The translations under genes were made by a program, and so were the position numbers. The notes beneath the pieces were generated by a model, which saw only the letters and a program-made list of their open reading frames with translations, was not told the origin of the DNA and searched no databases. A stretch of DNA of 64,000 bases from Fimbriosthenelais zetlandica (Eukaryota), in the NCBI GenBank assembly GCA_977030845.1, contig OZ365110.1:17980001-18044000 (forward strand), given 5' to 3'. Numbering within the stretch: position 1 is the first letter of the stretch; each line of letters starts with the position of its first letter. Positions 25,000 through 40,170 of this stretch are shown here, piece after piece.

Positions 25000-27000
25000 A
25001 CTAACACGTCCATCATAGCTAACCCTCAGCCGTTCCAGGGCAGACCATGTTTCATACTCCCTCCGCCAGCCTCTGATCCACCCAGGTCTTAAGAGGCTTA
25101 TGACTACCGTAATGCCTCTTTATGCTGATCATGTATACTCCAGCTATTAGCAAGTTCTCTGCCTGCCATAAAGTTTTTCAATGAAGGTTTTTAATGGAAA
25201 CTACATGCCAAAATTATCAAACATAGGTTATCAGGTCTACTATGAAGCATTGGAGTCCACAATGTTCACCTGGCCTTAAGATTAATACGTCTGCTAAATT
25301 TTATTCACCTGCTAGCTGGACCAGGTTGAGGAATTCCCATAATTGGAATGATGCATCAGACAAATGACCATTGGACATACATTGTAGAAGGTTTCCAAGA
25401 CAAGAATCTAAAATTAGACTTGGCCTATATGTAAAGGACAATATTCCTGCTCAAAGGAGAGGTCTAGCAATCTTCCATGGGGCCATCTGATCTGGAGGGA
25501 ACCTTTCCGCTGGAAATGTCAATCGGTCGGCATGTAGGCCTGAGGGCCACAGTAAATAGACGGGGCGTGCAGAGAGAAGCCGGTCCCTGAGCTGCTCGAT
25601 TCCCTTATTGGAGCTGATTATGGTACCAGGGCAACACTGGGCCCGGATCTTCTCTTGCCCCATACGCGATTACCAAGGTTGGGTCAAACCCAACTCAGAC
25701 CACTAAATAGCTTTGCCTTACAATGAAGGCACAATATTCCAGCATTCGTCTTGTGTTGATTGGTTAAATGCAACTCCCCGGATTCTACATAATTAGATAA
25801 TAACCTATACACATTAATTATGAAGTTTGAACCCCATTAATGTCAATGTCCATGGAAGAGGATAACATTTCATATGAGTGCATGATCATCCATCGCAAAT
25901 TCTAAAGTGACTTGAAAGTAATCCTGATCAGAATCTCACGTTGGCATCATGATATGAAAAATCAACCAGGGCTGTGCATTCATGGATGCCAGGCTGCAGT
26001 CACTACCACCAGGCATTATCGATAGCTTCTTCATTCCAAAGACGTTTGCATGCACAAGTACTTGGCCTTTTTGTACTGCCTTTTATATTGAGACTGAACA
26101 TCACTAACCACGCTCTGCATGGGAAAGTATTTTCACCGACTCCTTTTATGTATTCCATCTGCATGAGGAATCCACCATTCAGCTACTGATATCAAATGCG
26201 CATCAGCAGCTCCCCATTCAGCTGTTCAATTAACATGATACCATTCAAAAGTCAAACCAACATGATGGAAAGTCCCATGGGAGAAAAAGAGAGGGTGGTT
26301 AGGGCCAAACCTGTAAATGCAATCACGATGACACCACGAAGTAAATCCCACAAACTGATCATAAGAAGGGGAAGCAGTTGTCAAACAGGCTCTGGTAATT
26401 TGCTGAGTGTCTGAGCCGATTCGTGTCATCCATTATGTGCCTGTCAAATGCTTCGAATCTTGAAGGGATATCAGCTGAGCCTAGCTGGCCGCCTGAATAG
26501 CTGGATAAATATTTAGGTGTCATGGAAGTCACCTTCTTGCAGCACATGCCATTATTGATGTTCTAACCTCAGCCCAACCCTAACTAAATCAAATGGTAGG
26601 AAATCACTGCCAGTCCTTTGAGTCTATGGCATTATGGTGATTGAGGAATTGGCAAGATGTTTTCTTCTCTGGCAAGCCTCTTTGGGTGATATTTCCCAAT
26701 CAGACAGTCCTTTTCTCTAGTCTTCAATAGGAACGAGCTTGTATAGCTTTCTAGCCAAACTATCGCAGCGCCTCTTGCGCCATTTGTATGCAGCGTGGCA
26801 CCAGACTAACAGGACATTTCTGAGGCTCAGTTGTTAAGATCTGTTGGTGGGAAGGGAAATGCATCTTGTACTGGGCGTCTCCCACCTCACAAACTCTATA
26901 ATGCATTAAAATCTTTGTCATAATCCTGTCAGTTATAAGACGCGTTATCCCAGGCTTGGGATGCCTGATCTATCTGCGGTATATGCCTTTTACCCATCCA
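25000..27000 (-). mobile_element. DIRS1-type retrotransposon remnant (RT, RNase H/MT, start of YR)
   Basis: Collinear motifs HVLQEGDF (about 26521-26548; cf. L..GDW), YQSLFDNCFPF (cf. YQF..LPFGL) and KIRAQCCPG...LWPSGLHADRL...FPPDQMA (cf. LRA.HIPG...WG.P.VDLF...PDP.A). Confidence 0.5.
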
Positions 27001-29029
27001 ATGTTCGTTATTTGGTTTTGATTCAGGAAAAACTGTTACTGGAAAAAGTTATATACATGCACCATATTCTACTATAAGTTATATTCCCAAGGAGCTTCGC
27101 TGCTTGGTAGCATATGCTTCTCCTCATGAATTTTCTGAATTTAAGAATGTTAAAATGAGGTGATATGTATATGGTTTGAGCTGAGGTCTCTACTGACCAC
27201 AGTAGGCTAAGCCAAAGTTAGCTGCCCTTAGGGCTGTCGGATTTCTCTGTGCCAAAGAGGTCCTCACATTTTGTTACCCACTATAGTGCCTGGGGAAAGT
27301 TAAAGTATCACTAGTATCATTCAGGTTTTTACTGACAGAAAAACATCCTGAATTATTTATCCTGAAATATATTTATCTAGAACTTTATTTCAAATAAACC
27401 ATGGCAGTTCATAATGAGATCTTGGGTGCCATTATTTTGAAATCCCCTGATGATGGCCAAAAGTAGTGGGAGGCAGGAATTATAGGGATTATAAGGCTAT
27501 CACCGTAGGTCACAAACAGGAAGGAATAAATTACTCTGGTAGTGAAAATGATGTTTCAACAGCGTTTTATCCATTGGGCGTTTGTCCTATGTGCCGTGAA
27601 TGATTTTCTCTGTCCATTACATTGTTTTCTTTCTGTCTCAAGGACCTCTCAAGGACCTTGAGACCTGTTATGTTGTTATGTAGATCGGGGGCCAATGACG
27701 TCACCTTGAATGGTTGTGTTTTGTATAGCTTTTGACATTTTGAAAATGGATTTCTCTTTCCCATGGGATCTAATGGGACAAGTTTTATTGGGGATCGATG
27801 TCATGTGGTGAGTAGTTCACAGTGCACCGTCTATGATATAGTGTTCTTTTCCCCTTTAATGTAAAGGTCACTGAAAATGCAGCTGAGTTGCATTGCGAAA
27901 CAAAAACTGCAAACCCTGCCTCCAAGAAAGTTTGGCTATGGTACCGCTCCTGTGCATTTCTTGAATTTAAAATTATATCAATTACCTCAAGTTTACTGAT
28001 ACTGTTATCCATATGACTTGGACTGCTGCCATGATGTTAAACATTGATCAATCAATCAACCAATCAGTATGTAGGGCAGACAGGGGATACATTAAGAAAA
28101 CTGCTGACCTTTTGGTCTTTTTTCAGTCTTGTTTTACTAATAATATGCAATATATGCATGGAACCTGTGCAATGTAATAATGACTGGCAAGGCCATCTTT
28201 GATCGATACCTTCATATTTGCTTCTTTCTTCCCAGAAGTATGATTTATGCGTTGGTGCCAGCATAAATAGGTCCTTGAATAAATGAATGCATAACAGACC
28301 CTTGATCAATGAATAAATAATGCTATTCATTCACCACCGGACAGCTTTTATTGAAGAATCAGGTCAGAATTGTGGAAATGGCATGAACATTTTGTTTGTC
28401 AAAAATACTTGTTGGCTTGAACGAATGTTTTATAGTGGTAGTTCTCGATTGTGAATTACATGCGTACAAAGGTATATGAATATTATATTCCATCCACCCC
28501 ACTTTTATTTGTTCATATTAATATTATATGGATAAGCGATAAAATAGGATTAATGATCAGTGAATGAAGCATATAGGTTTGTGATTATGATGTCTCACTG
28601 ATTTTGCTGCACTTGAAATATATTTATTATAATAGTGGGATAGTGCCAGATATATACCAGGTCCGCTATGGTGACTATTAATATCATCATAATTATCCCT
28701 TTAATGCCGAGCCCTATAGAAGTTACTGTGGCCTCAATACGAGGACACTGAAATAGCCCTCAAAATTGTCATCATAATTATGAAACTGTCCCAGTTCTAT
28801 TCTCAGAAAATTTATCAGAGAATCTCTATAATAGACGGAAATGCATCTGCATCTCCATCCAAGCAAGTTTGAGGCCTGAAATACTTATAAGGGCTTCTAC
28901 CTACAGTAATATGAGTTGGCCTACACTCGGCCAAAGAAAAACGAAGAGAATGTTCTTAGACAATAGAAATTTTATCTTCGCAGATAAAGTAAAACGCATT
29001 AGGTCTAGTCCAAGCAACTCATGATTAGT

Positions 29030-29430
29030 TCACCTTTTAAAAAGCCCCAAATAGGAACAAGAGTCAATCAATGAATACGAGCATACGAACGCCGACCAAT
29101 CCGCAATACATGTACAAGTGACCCTAGGTCGATTGGAAAGGAGTATTTTCAGGGAGGGACTGAAGAAAAAGGCAAAATCCCCAGCCCGTTGGGACTGTGG
29201 CCTCATCAGGCTACAACATTGGCTTGTGGATGAAGGTGGTGCTTGGAAGGGCAGCTGAAGGCTGAGCATTGAATGATGGATGGGACTGGTGGCGATGGGA
29301 GGGTATCTGCCAACCAAGCCTTGCCAATGTGAGGATGTAACACCTCCTTCCTTGCTTGCCCTCCCTCCACTGTCACTGATATACAAACAAGTACACCAGG
29401 AACCTGGGTGAATTAAAAGCCTCAAACTTC
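29030..29430 (-). mobile_element. DIRS RNase H remnant
   Basis: PDEATVPTGWGFCL (cf. TDAS..GWG) and GVRMLVFID (cf. V.V..DN). Confidence 0.4.
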
Positions 29431-32149
29431 AACCCTGTCACCCTTGAGGTTACAATCCTTTAGACTGATTTTTTCCAAAAGATCCAATCACTTTGCATGA
29501 GTGAAGCAATTGAATCGCTTCAAGTGGGTCCAATTAAGACACCCTATTATCACTCACTGCTAGCTCCCTGTGGGTTACATGAAACTGGCCTGAGCATTCG
29601 GTGAATTAAGTAATAAAAAGTGGATTATTCTCATCGTTGGGCTCCTTGAAACCAGAATAAAACGGTTCTCCAATGTGGTCCTGGATGATTATCAGTACTG
29701 GGTCTATAATAGGACTATGTGAATACATTGTAAAGCCCCAGTTCGTATATAGTCTCCATCCAGAACTTCTTGCGAGAAATTCTTTATTATTTTCTACTCA
29801 TACTGACTCAGAAGTCCTTCATTGTCACATACTTGACCAATTGTATTCACCTGCCCTGCCTGCAGGGTTCAAAGAGGCATGTCATACAGGAGAATAACCC
29901 ACAATGGATTGCTCTTCTATTACCTCCTTCTTCACAATCAGACGAGGGAATAAATGACAATGGGCTGACGAGACAACAACCTAGGCAAATGATGGATGGA
30001 TAAAACATCCCTGAGATAAGACTACTGCCATCGCTAGATACTGAAATTAATGGAAGGAACTTCCATAGGCACTGACAAAAATGTCTCTGATGTGATTAGC
30101 CATAATTCTTCCATCTATATGTAAGAGTCTATTGAAAGACAGGCGAGGCAATGACAAAAAGGGTGGCAGTTTATTTAGAAGAGATATAATTAAGTTATTC
30201 ATTAGGTAAATTGTTTCCAATTAGTGACAGTTACTATATCCTTGCGGGGTCTTTCTCTGATGTCTCCCTCACAGAATGTTCATGAATGGTACCGGTTACT
30301 GAACTGTTTCTATTGTTTTCACGAATCAAATCAAAGAAGGGTTGTGCTTCTTATAAGTCATGTACATGGTTGTTGGAATAATCAATGACAGAATCCCAAT
30401 TAGATGGACAATACCCTGCACAAGAATTTCACTAATCGTAATCCCAAGATTTTAATGGATTCATAAAATCGTCTCGCCCTGAGGATTTTAACAAAGCCAA
30501 CCGGAACCGGAACAATCAGCTTAGCAACGGCGGTGACCAATCCCCTTTGGGACAAGTCTTAAGCCTAGACACACACGCCCTCTCATGGAGTTCTTCCTAA
30601 CTTTTATCATTAAGAGGAACAAGGATCTTATAAAGCATTCTGTCACTTGGAAACGGCCCCAATCAACGTGTATGCACAGCAGAGAAAGGCCCAAGCAGTC
30701 TCGATGGGAAATTAAGTCAAGGAATTAATTGGAAAGATGTAAGAAAACGGTTTATTTACATTTAATTAAGATAATTACAGGATCGAAACAAAAGCACATC
30801 GCCAAGCCTCTTCAAAAGAGACAAAACGATTAATTTCATTTGGAAGGGTTCGACTTGCATATCTTAGCTTTGCACATTCAGCGAAGGAAAGTTTTTTACC
30901 CATTCATCACCACAACAGATTTATCCATATTAGGAAAGTAGGCCTGTAAATCATTGTTAAAATCATAGCCAACGAATAGGGACAAATTCATGTTCTCCGA
31001 CACCTCCATTACTTGCAAATGAAATATTACTCAGCAACGTAGCAGGTAACAAAATTATGCATAGCAGGGCCTTGGAGTACCTAACTGAATCAATGGCGAA
31101 TGCGCTCTTTAATACGGTATCCTAAAATTGATCATTCCCATCGTTTGTACGCTTAAACAGGCCATCGATATACATGAGTGTTGGAGGAACGAGTGCCAAT
31201 AAAAGTGATTTTTCCATGGTTTCTACAGGAGCATCATTAATAATGTAATGCGATTGTAAATTAATTATAGACTTTCAGCAACGTGTGTGAAGTTCCCATA
31301 TTAAAGGCCTGGGGTGAGAGGCAGCCGTGTAATCATGAGATTTGCATTCGTACAGTTTCAAGCTTGTTCACATGCTGATGTGAATTAAAGAATATTAATT
31401 ATAGAATTGTAACAGGAATAGGTTTCTGTACATTGCTATCACTAGTAGTATTTTATATATTAATTTATTGGCTTAACTAAAACAGCGAGTGCCCAAATTC
31501 TTTTCTATAAACTGCCTCGGCTGAGTTTATAATTATGAGTTTAACATTTATTCATCTTAAGGATCTCGGATGCGGAAAATTTTCTTTTCATTACTTATGC
31601 ACTAAGTTATATGTACTATCAAACTGTACTTACTATAGTACTTCCTTTTACCATTAACCGCGAGGTCATATAACAACACCGGAGTGAGTATTTAGTGCCT
31701 ACATAGTCTTTCTGAAAGCCCATTCCCCAGACAAAGGTATAATGTCAAGGTGCTTGTGTGCATCAGGCAGACTTTGTGCCATGTTAAATCATTCAGGTGG
31801 GGCTTTTTTCCATGGATGGAAGGCAAAAGGGACCGATGGTTGCCATCACTCAGGGGCCTCCACGTGTCGGATTTCCTCTGAAAGAAGTTCAAGGTGGTAA
31901 TTATTTGTCCTGCCTATAGCAATTTGTTAAAGAAATGTGGTCAGGTTTGTGGTTTGTTTAAAGGTCAGTGTTTGTTATCGTTCCATCGTTTATGTACATA
32001 ATTAGTATTCTAAAATCATGGTCCGGGGAGATATGTGTTTGAAATATGCTGTGAATAAGTGTGAAATATATAAGTATATATATGCAAATATATAATTCAA
32101 CAGTCTGCTCTGTAAGGACATTATGTAGGATTACATTCCGCTAGAATTG

Positions 32150-32960
32150 GTGCATGCAGGCAGGCAGGCAGAGTATACAATATCCCAGTGCCATCCCTGT
32201 TTAATCCCTCCTTTTGATGCTATTGAAAAGAGCTTCAACCAAATATATGCCGATGGCATAGGATTCAAACCAATGGCCTCAACCCCGCCTTCCAAATGCT
32301 TTCTACTGAAGTGTCCCCTCTCGCCTCCATCACATATTCAAGCCCCCTCATCCTTCCCCAAGGACCTTCTAGTGTGATCTTTGAGCGATGTGAAAGCCTC
32401 TGCCTCTTTCTCATGGACTTACATCCGGTTTAGCTCCCCAGAGACCTCCTGTGGTCTTGCCACAAACAACTCCAGATCTTGGACTTTCTCCACGCAACAA
32501 CCTCCTTCCTTACCTTCGCCTCTACTTCCCTCCCCTTGAGCCCCTTCTCATTCCCCTTCTCTTCCTATGGTCATTCCTTTTCTTCGTTCTCTTGCCCTCA
32601 ATATCCACTTTTCCACCCATCTATTTCTGGTCCTCTAAGGTTCCTTCAGCTTTTGCATTTCTGGAGATGCCACGTAACTTTTCCATGGCGCCATTGTTGT
32701 CTTTGAGGGCCACTGGTGCCAGCACTGCAGATCCTGAAGAGCGGGTCATCAATATTTCCTGCATACACAGCCCAACGGCGAAACCCCTTGCCAGATGAAG
32801 TAAAGGAAGTATATTGCCCTCTGTACCCACACACTCCCTTTTCAAGTCATTAAAGATAAGCCTATCCTGTGTACATCTCCTGATATAATGCCCCCTTTGC
32901 TCTCCTGTGGTCAATGTTGTTTCCGAGTGGATGCTTGTATAGGGGCATGGGGTAAACACA
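32150..32960 (-). mobile_element. Probable Gypsy pol remnant
   Basis: EAEAFTSLKDHT (RT-RNase H linker, cf. EAF..LK..LT) and GHFSRKHL. Confidence 0.3.
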
Positions 32961-35229
32961 TAGGGTGTCCAATTTATACTAGTTTCAAAAAGACTATCAA
33001 AGAGACGGGAATGGAAATATAATAATCTTCAGGGAGGTCCCGCAAATGTATATTTAGGATCATATTTGCCCCTTTTGCCAAAGGTGTTTGATTCTCTTAT
33101 CCTATTCTTTTTGTGTCTGTATAAAACGTCTATTTGTGGTATTTTTTTGTGTTTTTTCTTGATAAAAATTAATTATCAAAAATCTCAATTCAAGCTCAAG
33201 TGGTTTCAAAGGAGCTTGTAATCCAAAAATATGAATATCACACACTGAGACAGTGGGGAGCATGCCCATGGGAAATTAGAGCAGGAGCTGCCTGCAGGCA
33301 TGCTAGCTTCAAGCAGGAGAATGCAGGAGGCTTTTCTTTCCTTGGAGAATGCTGCCAGGCATCGAACCTAAGTCCATCTGGACCTTGATGAAGGGGACTG
33401 ATTGTAGGTCTGAAAGTCCCTTATACCTTTTATGATCACCATCGCAATGCTTCCTTCAATGGCACTGCACATTGGGTGATTCCCAGCGAAGCACATTCAA
33501 AGGACCCAATCGCACTGCCTATTTGAGCCTAAATACATCATTTCCTCATTAGGAATTTGCAGCGTGCTGCCTAAATCAGGCTATTCCCGAGGGAGGCTTT
33601 GGTGTCTCTACCCACCTCGCCAATTTATAAAACATGTCTCGCCTAATCCTGGCGTCTGAACACATCGCCCTAGATTCCTCGGTAGTTGTTATTGCGTCCA
33701 AATCTTATGTCCCAAGTGTGAAAATACTTTGCCAATGGAACTTGAAGGACCTCATGCTTTATACACCTTGTGTATCAACCGGATGAGATGCTACCCACCC
33801 TCAACGACCTCTGGTGGTAATAAAAATGGTGAGATATGATATCCATGGCAACGCCACTGATGGGTTTCACACATCGGGGAAAAATTGATATCCTTCATTC
33901 CTGGCTTGTTTTTTTTCCTGTTAATCGATTTCTATCTCGTAGGGCAGATGAGAAATTAATGTCCTGTTTTTCTTAAAGTCATCTCAGAATTGTTCGCATG
34001 CAAACCAGCTGTAAAAACGTAACCATCATTAAATATAATGAGGAAGGGGTGAGTTTAATCATGATCGATACGCCGGCATTCACCATAATATGAAAAAACA
34101 TATTGTTTTACTTTAAGGTATAAAAGGTCCGACCATAACACAGACCTGACTGTGCTGTATATAGCAATATGTTCTGGCTCTATGCCATGGAAACACTTGA
34201 AACCAAAATCATTTTATCCTATCAACATGTATGGATGATGAAACGTTTCTATATGCACAGCTGTATATTATTTCATTGTGACATTAGGGTATTTCTAACT
34301 GCCTTTGCCAAGGTATGCTATCTCATTAGCTGCAAAGATTATTGAAGCCACTCAAACAAGCCAAGGCAATTGAGTTTTCCTAATGGCTATGGCCACCAAG
34401 AGAAGAAATCCATGGTGTCCTTTGTCTACCAATGAATTAATAAACAACAATGGAAAGCTCATGGGCAATATGCCTCTATGCCTTTCATTATTCAAAGGGC
34501 TTTATCGATGCTGTAATTGGCTGTTCCCAAGAAAAGCCATTGCCAATGACAAGGGCCGGCATGTGCAAGAGTGGTATTGCTGAAGCATGAATTTTTCATA
34601 CATGTCTAATTATTGTTGATTATATCTCGCCAATATAGCATGAGGCTTATATATATTGAAACAAAGAATCAACCACGAGAGAGAGTTGTGCACAGAAAAA
34701 TATGAATTCCCTAACATACATGTATACATACTGACCCCCCAACTTATCTCAAAACTTTTAGGTAGTAGTGTATAGGTATATATTCTGAGGTGCAATATGT
34801 AAATGATTGAATGGGGTTTAACGTCACTTTCAACAATTTTTCAGTTATATCATGACGGTGCCTACTTGTGACAGTGAGCCCAATGCTCTTTTATAGTGCT
34901 GTCTCACTGAGGTATCATGTCGCAGGCACATGACATGATATCTCACCCAGTCACATTATACTGACACCGGGTTGACCAGTCCCAATATGTAAATTCATCC
35001 ATGTTTAATTGCAGTGGGTCAAATCATGATCTTCCTGTGATATGAATATGGGAAGACCAAGTAATTATAGGCCTACATCATTTCCTCATTAAAAAAAATC
35101 ATGGGAACCAACCTGGAAAAATACATAAGTAAGATTCAGCTCTTTTGGCCTCTGTATACGAGGATGGGCTTTCTATTTAATCAAGCCCAGAGACTTAAAT
35201 GGTGACTATAGCCAACAGTGAATACTGAG

Positions 35230-35560
35230 GGGAGAATCATTGCTAAAGCTGACCCCATTTCTCCCTAGAGGACTTCCCAATCCCATTTCACGTTTGGTGC
35301 TGACCCTGACTTACAGCGAACCTGACATGTCACTATTACTATCCTGATGAGATGTGACATGGTGGAGGCACTCTCACCTTGGAAATAACAGGGTGGACAG
35401 CGTGCCATACATATGGATTTCAACTGACCACTGGTGGCCATATATAAACCCAACTCTTCCATTCTTTATTCTCCTGCTTTTCCTGGACGTTTTAAGGGAT
35501 CCCAAGATTAAGGGATCCCAAGAATCCAATTTTATCATGCAAGTAGTTGCATGGTGAATA
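35230..35560 (+). mobile_element. CR1/L2 endonuclease remnant
   Basis: HGGGTL and LVAIYKPNS in adjacent frames (cf. GGGV...YRPP). Confidence 0.35.
35492..35523. repeat. 16-bp direct tandem duplication
   Basis: TTAAGGGATCCCAAGA x2. Confidence 0.9.
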
Positions 35561-38500
35561 ATTATTCATTAATTACATTTATTATTAGCGTTTCTGTACC
35601 TGGAGGCCCTTAACCATGCAGGATGTTTCGGTGCTGGGGTGTTTTGTCGTCTTTTTCTGCGGTCTTCCTATTTGTCGGCATTTTCACCTCAACGCTCTCT
35701 GCGCTTCCCCTTCCCTTCTCTGCCTTTCATTTTCCTTTGAAATGCAATTCAGATTTCTACGCTCTTCTTCAAAAGAGAAACATAGAGCTATGGTCTATTT
35801 TTCTGATGGAATGAGAATCAATGGTATAGTAGGCCAGCTTCTTCTAGCCGTTAATGTTAGGCAAATCCTTCCTGATGAATACTGGCACTTGCTCAGAGTT
35901 GTCCTCATATGAATACGTTCCTGAGCGGCAGCCCTGCTACTCACGCCGTCAGGCTGTCTGCACATGCTGGAGGGAAATTCACTTGTGGCCAGAGATATGA
36001 GACGCAAAATGTCATTGGCTCAGTCGCTTCTGCTCGGCTACCCACTGATTGGAACAGCAGTTCCATAGGGTGCCGGTTGTTATGGTGACAAAAGAGGGAA
36101 TGTGGCCATAGTTGGTGGTCAAACGAGTGAAGTCGGAGTCAGGGTAGACTGTAGGCTTGAGAATCAAATAGACCGGTGTCTCCTTGGTTGGTCCTTAGGG
36201 AACAGAATTGTTTTGCCCTGCAGGCCTCACAAAGCAGTCCCGCCTCTTGTTCTCAATCCCCTTTCAAAGGAGAAGGCCCCTGTAGATTTTCCAATGTAAA
36301 TCAATGTGAATACAACACGAAGAAAATGTCTGTTTAGGGCATATATTATATATGCTTAGTAATGTATTTGAAAACGAGCAAGGGCAGGCATTTATGTCAG
36401 CCTGTCGAGCATTTGTTCGAGCTCTTGTGGCTGGAATTCTACTTTAGCAGACACCGAATTGTCATAAACATCACAATTACTGCTAAAACACTAACGTAAT
36501 CAATCACATCCACCTTGCTCTTACTCTTTGTCTCGCTGTTCAAATATTGAACAAGGAATTCATAAAACCCTTAGCCTCGTTGAGTTCAATCACTCACCAT
36601 TCATAATCAGGTTATATGGGCAATTACATTGGTAGAATACTTTGCTGTGTTTTAGGTCCTTAAGGAAACGTTTTTGTCTCTGCCCCAGCACCCATCTGTT
36701 CATATTCTAATCCTTATTCTGACACCTCGCATCCCTTACCCACTGATATTAGGATGCTGCCTTCCTATAGTAGACTTACTCCACCCTAACTACAGAATTC
36801 GTACTTGTATGCTTCATACAATACCGAGGGACTGATATGGAATAAATGACTGGAATGACTACTTCTAGTCACAGGTGGAAAAAGCCATACGGTACCGAGC
36901 CATCTGTCTTTCTCTGGGCAATATGGAGAGGCAGCCTCCGTAAAATAAAACTTATCGCTTGATGTATCTCATACATAGCTTTCGCGACCTGCATGGCAAT
37001 AGCAATATACTGTGGCTAAAAATTCAGAGACAGATTAGCGTCTTATTGACGTCACTAGCCCTCGTCCCCTCATCCGTTTTCAGGACGAAAATGGCGCCAT
37101 GATTTCTTCAGGGCTTTGGGCGTTTCTTTTCTTTGACGCTCCTTTCTTTGCCACGTGCAACGGCGTTTAAAGGATCAATGAAGATTGCTGCTTGGACTCC
37201 CAATGAGGCAAGAAAGCAAGCTTATAGTGCATATTGATCGTTATGACTGCAGGGAAGAAATACGTTGCCTTGAATGCCTTTACGGAAAAATGCCAGTGCT
37301 GTGAATGGGGGACGACCAACAATGGTGAATGTGGGGATACGTGAGCGATAATAGGGAAGTTAGCTCTCTGGTGTGCTTTAATTCCCTCTAGCCTCGGGGT
37401 CACCTAAGGTTTATTTTCTGTTCTGGCTGGAAGCAGTGAATGGGAAAGGAAGAGGGTGAGAATGAATTGCGAAGAAGAGAGGAGGGCTTTGCCGGCAGAG
37501 AAAGCCCTTAGGTATATGGACGTACTTGGGAAGGCGGGACATGGTGTAAAGGTCGTTTAGATGCCCGAGTTGAAGGGCAAGGAAATGAAAATAAAATGTT
37601 CTATTCTATATATGGCGTCACGTGGTGTCCCATGAACCAAACTGATCTTGGCTGATGAAAAATGTGTTGTAGACCATCTCATGTTCAATTTCAATATAAA
37701 AATTGGATGTTATTATCAATTCAAAGATGTGCTAATTTCGCGCAGGAAACAAAATGTTAAGGATGTTTCTTCTTTATAAATAACCACATTTAGACCTGCA
37801 AGCAACCTGCCACGAGACTTTGTCTTTATTAATGTATGCAACTGAACTCAAAGTACACATGACTCTTGACGTAAAGCTCTTATTGCACGGAAGTCATTTT
37901 GCTGTTGTATTCTCTAAGGAAAGATCCATTTTTTCACTTGCACGCTGCCTTACCACTAGCTCTTTCCTCTCTCGTATTTGTCGCCTTCTCTTCTGTCAAT
38001 GCCTGAGACTCGTGTTTGTCCCATATCCATTTGCCCCTGTCCCATCCTTCAATATTCGCCTTTTCAGATTTGTAAATCTTTCTCCCTCACTTTCTCCCAA
38101 TCTCTACCCTCTCACATTTTATCTCATCCATATTCCTTCAACTGAGTTCCTCTTAAAGGAAGTCATTTTGACCTGATACCGAGTCCACACGCAACGCAAT
38201 CCCACTATAGTGGACGCCCCCTATCCAAGCCCACATGACGCACTAAGGCAAAACTCGGACAGAAACCAAAACCCACATAGGTCCTACCTTCACAACATAT
38301 AATACACACGTACAGAGCTGAAGCCCTGAGGGGATTTTATTCACCCGTTCGCCAAGATGAAACGACCGCTGAGGAAATAGACTAGACATGGCTGTAGGGA
38401 AGATAGTGTAACGTTGGGTCGTTAGAGGGTTCATGTGGGCCCCGGGCGACACCGGGCAGCGCTAGGTGGAGATTACAGGAATCGAAGCCACGTCGGCCTA

Positions 38501-40170
38501 GAAGCCACTAAAGGCTCAGCTCTATCGATCAGAGTCTCCCACCACCATCACCCTCTTCCTTTTCTCGGTGTTTTTGCAATCAGCAAATTCGGGCTTGTTT
38601 GAAAACGGGAGGTGGTTCCTTGTCACTTCAAAGTGGGTGGCAGAACAAAGTAAAGGAACCAAAAAGCTAATGCACCCTCTTGTTATTCTCTGGGCATACC
38701 AGTTGGTATGGAGGATACAAAGTCGAGGAGGAGGAGGGCAGGCCTGCCTGGAACGAAATACAAATAATAGTCTGTTTCGGCTATATCGGCAAGAATTTCA
38801 GTGCCAATGCCCTTCTTCCGGACTCTTTTGCATTCCACACAGCGTTGGGCGAAGATGTATCTGTCACTCACCGTTGAGGTAATGTGATTAAAGGGAAGCT
38901 TGTGAAGCAAGCTGAAATGGAAATGTTCACCTTTTCAAGGTATAAATGGAAGGTGTACACAGAGGCTTATATACACGTTGCATTCTCTATTCGGAAGTCT
39001 GAATAATTCTATGAAAGCTTGAAGAATGAATTCTATATTCTTCTATATTTAGTTTAGCGACACATGATTAATGCATGGAGTATAGAATCAGCTCACAACT
39101 CTCAATGTACGACTGATGGCAAATCATTGTTGATCATGATCCATTTCTGCTTTAACGCCTCTGGCTTTACTAAGTTTAAAACGCACGCAGCAGCGTCCTC
39201 CAACTACTAAGATTTAGCCCTCCCTCATAATTCATATTACTGCAAGCTTCACTTCCTATGGCACAGCACGTTATGATAATTTTGTATCGTGGAAACAATG
39301 AACAAATCGTTCTTAGTCTAATCCCCACGCCCGCTCCATCATCCCTGCCAATGTGATATCTTCAGAGTAATCTCAATTTATGGCCCACAATGTTGTTTCG
39401 TCTATGCTTGTCTCTGGACTAATTCTACTGATTAACTATACTGTCAGCTTGAATCATAGATTCCCGTTCACGAAGTGGAATAATATCATGATGAAGCGAA
39501 TGCTCCCCCTGAGCTAATCTAAGTATATGACACTGATAAGCTTAATCTATGTGTGACCTTTATTCTTGAGGCAGTGTAATGGTAATTGCTTCCATACAAT
39601 GTGATAGTTGAAGAGGGTATACAAATGCATTTCTTCACACAGTTGCCGGGTCTGTATTTGCATACATATTTGCATAGAGCTTCAAGGAAAGTGGGATAAA
39701 GAGACTACAATGATGGACTGACACAATAAGATACAGGGAAGTGGTCCTCCATCTTGTTCCTCATGTAGCAACTGTTCACACACTCTAAATCCAATGACGG
39801 AGTAGTTCTTGTACCTTGGGCTGATACGCTAAAACCTTCAGTTCTCATTTGGTATTTAATGGTTGCGTATTGTTATACATGTATATATGTTTTAAGCATT
39901 GCAACTGTCGTATAAAATTGCCATGCTAGTGTGAAGGAAGTTATATTCTATTCTTGGAAATATTCCACATACTATTTACGCATTGAGACTAAATTAATGG
40001 ATTTAAGGAGTATTTGTCTTATTATTGTTTTAAAACTCGACGATAATGACTGTTTACTGTTGGCATATAGAGCGATGGTTATTCTTCAAAGAGCATTGTG
40101 ACAATGAACCTTTGTGCACAGGCCATTATTTATGCTATCGAATCTGATTCAGAACTAAAACAAATTCCCC

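Noticed and set aside
27691-27703. CCAAT overlapping a perfect CRE (GCCAATGACGTCA)
   Set aside because: Isolated motif with no associated gene or TSS evidence.
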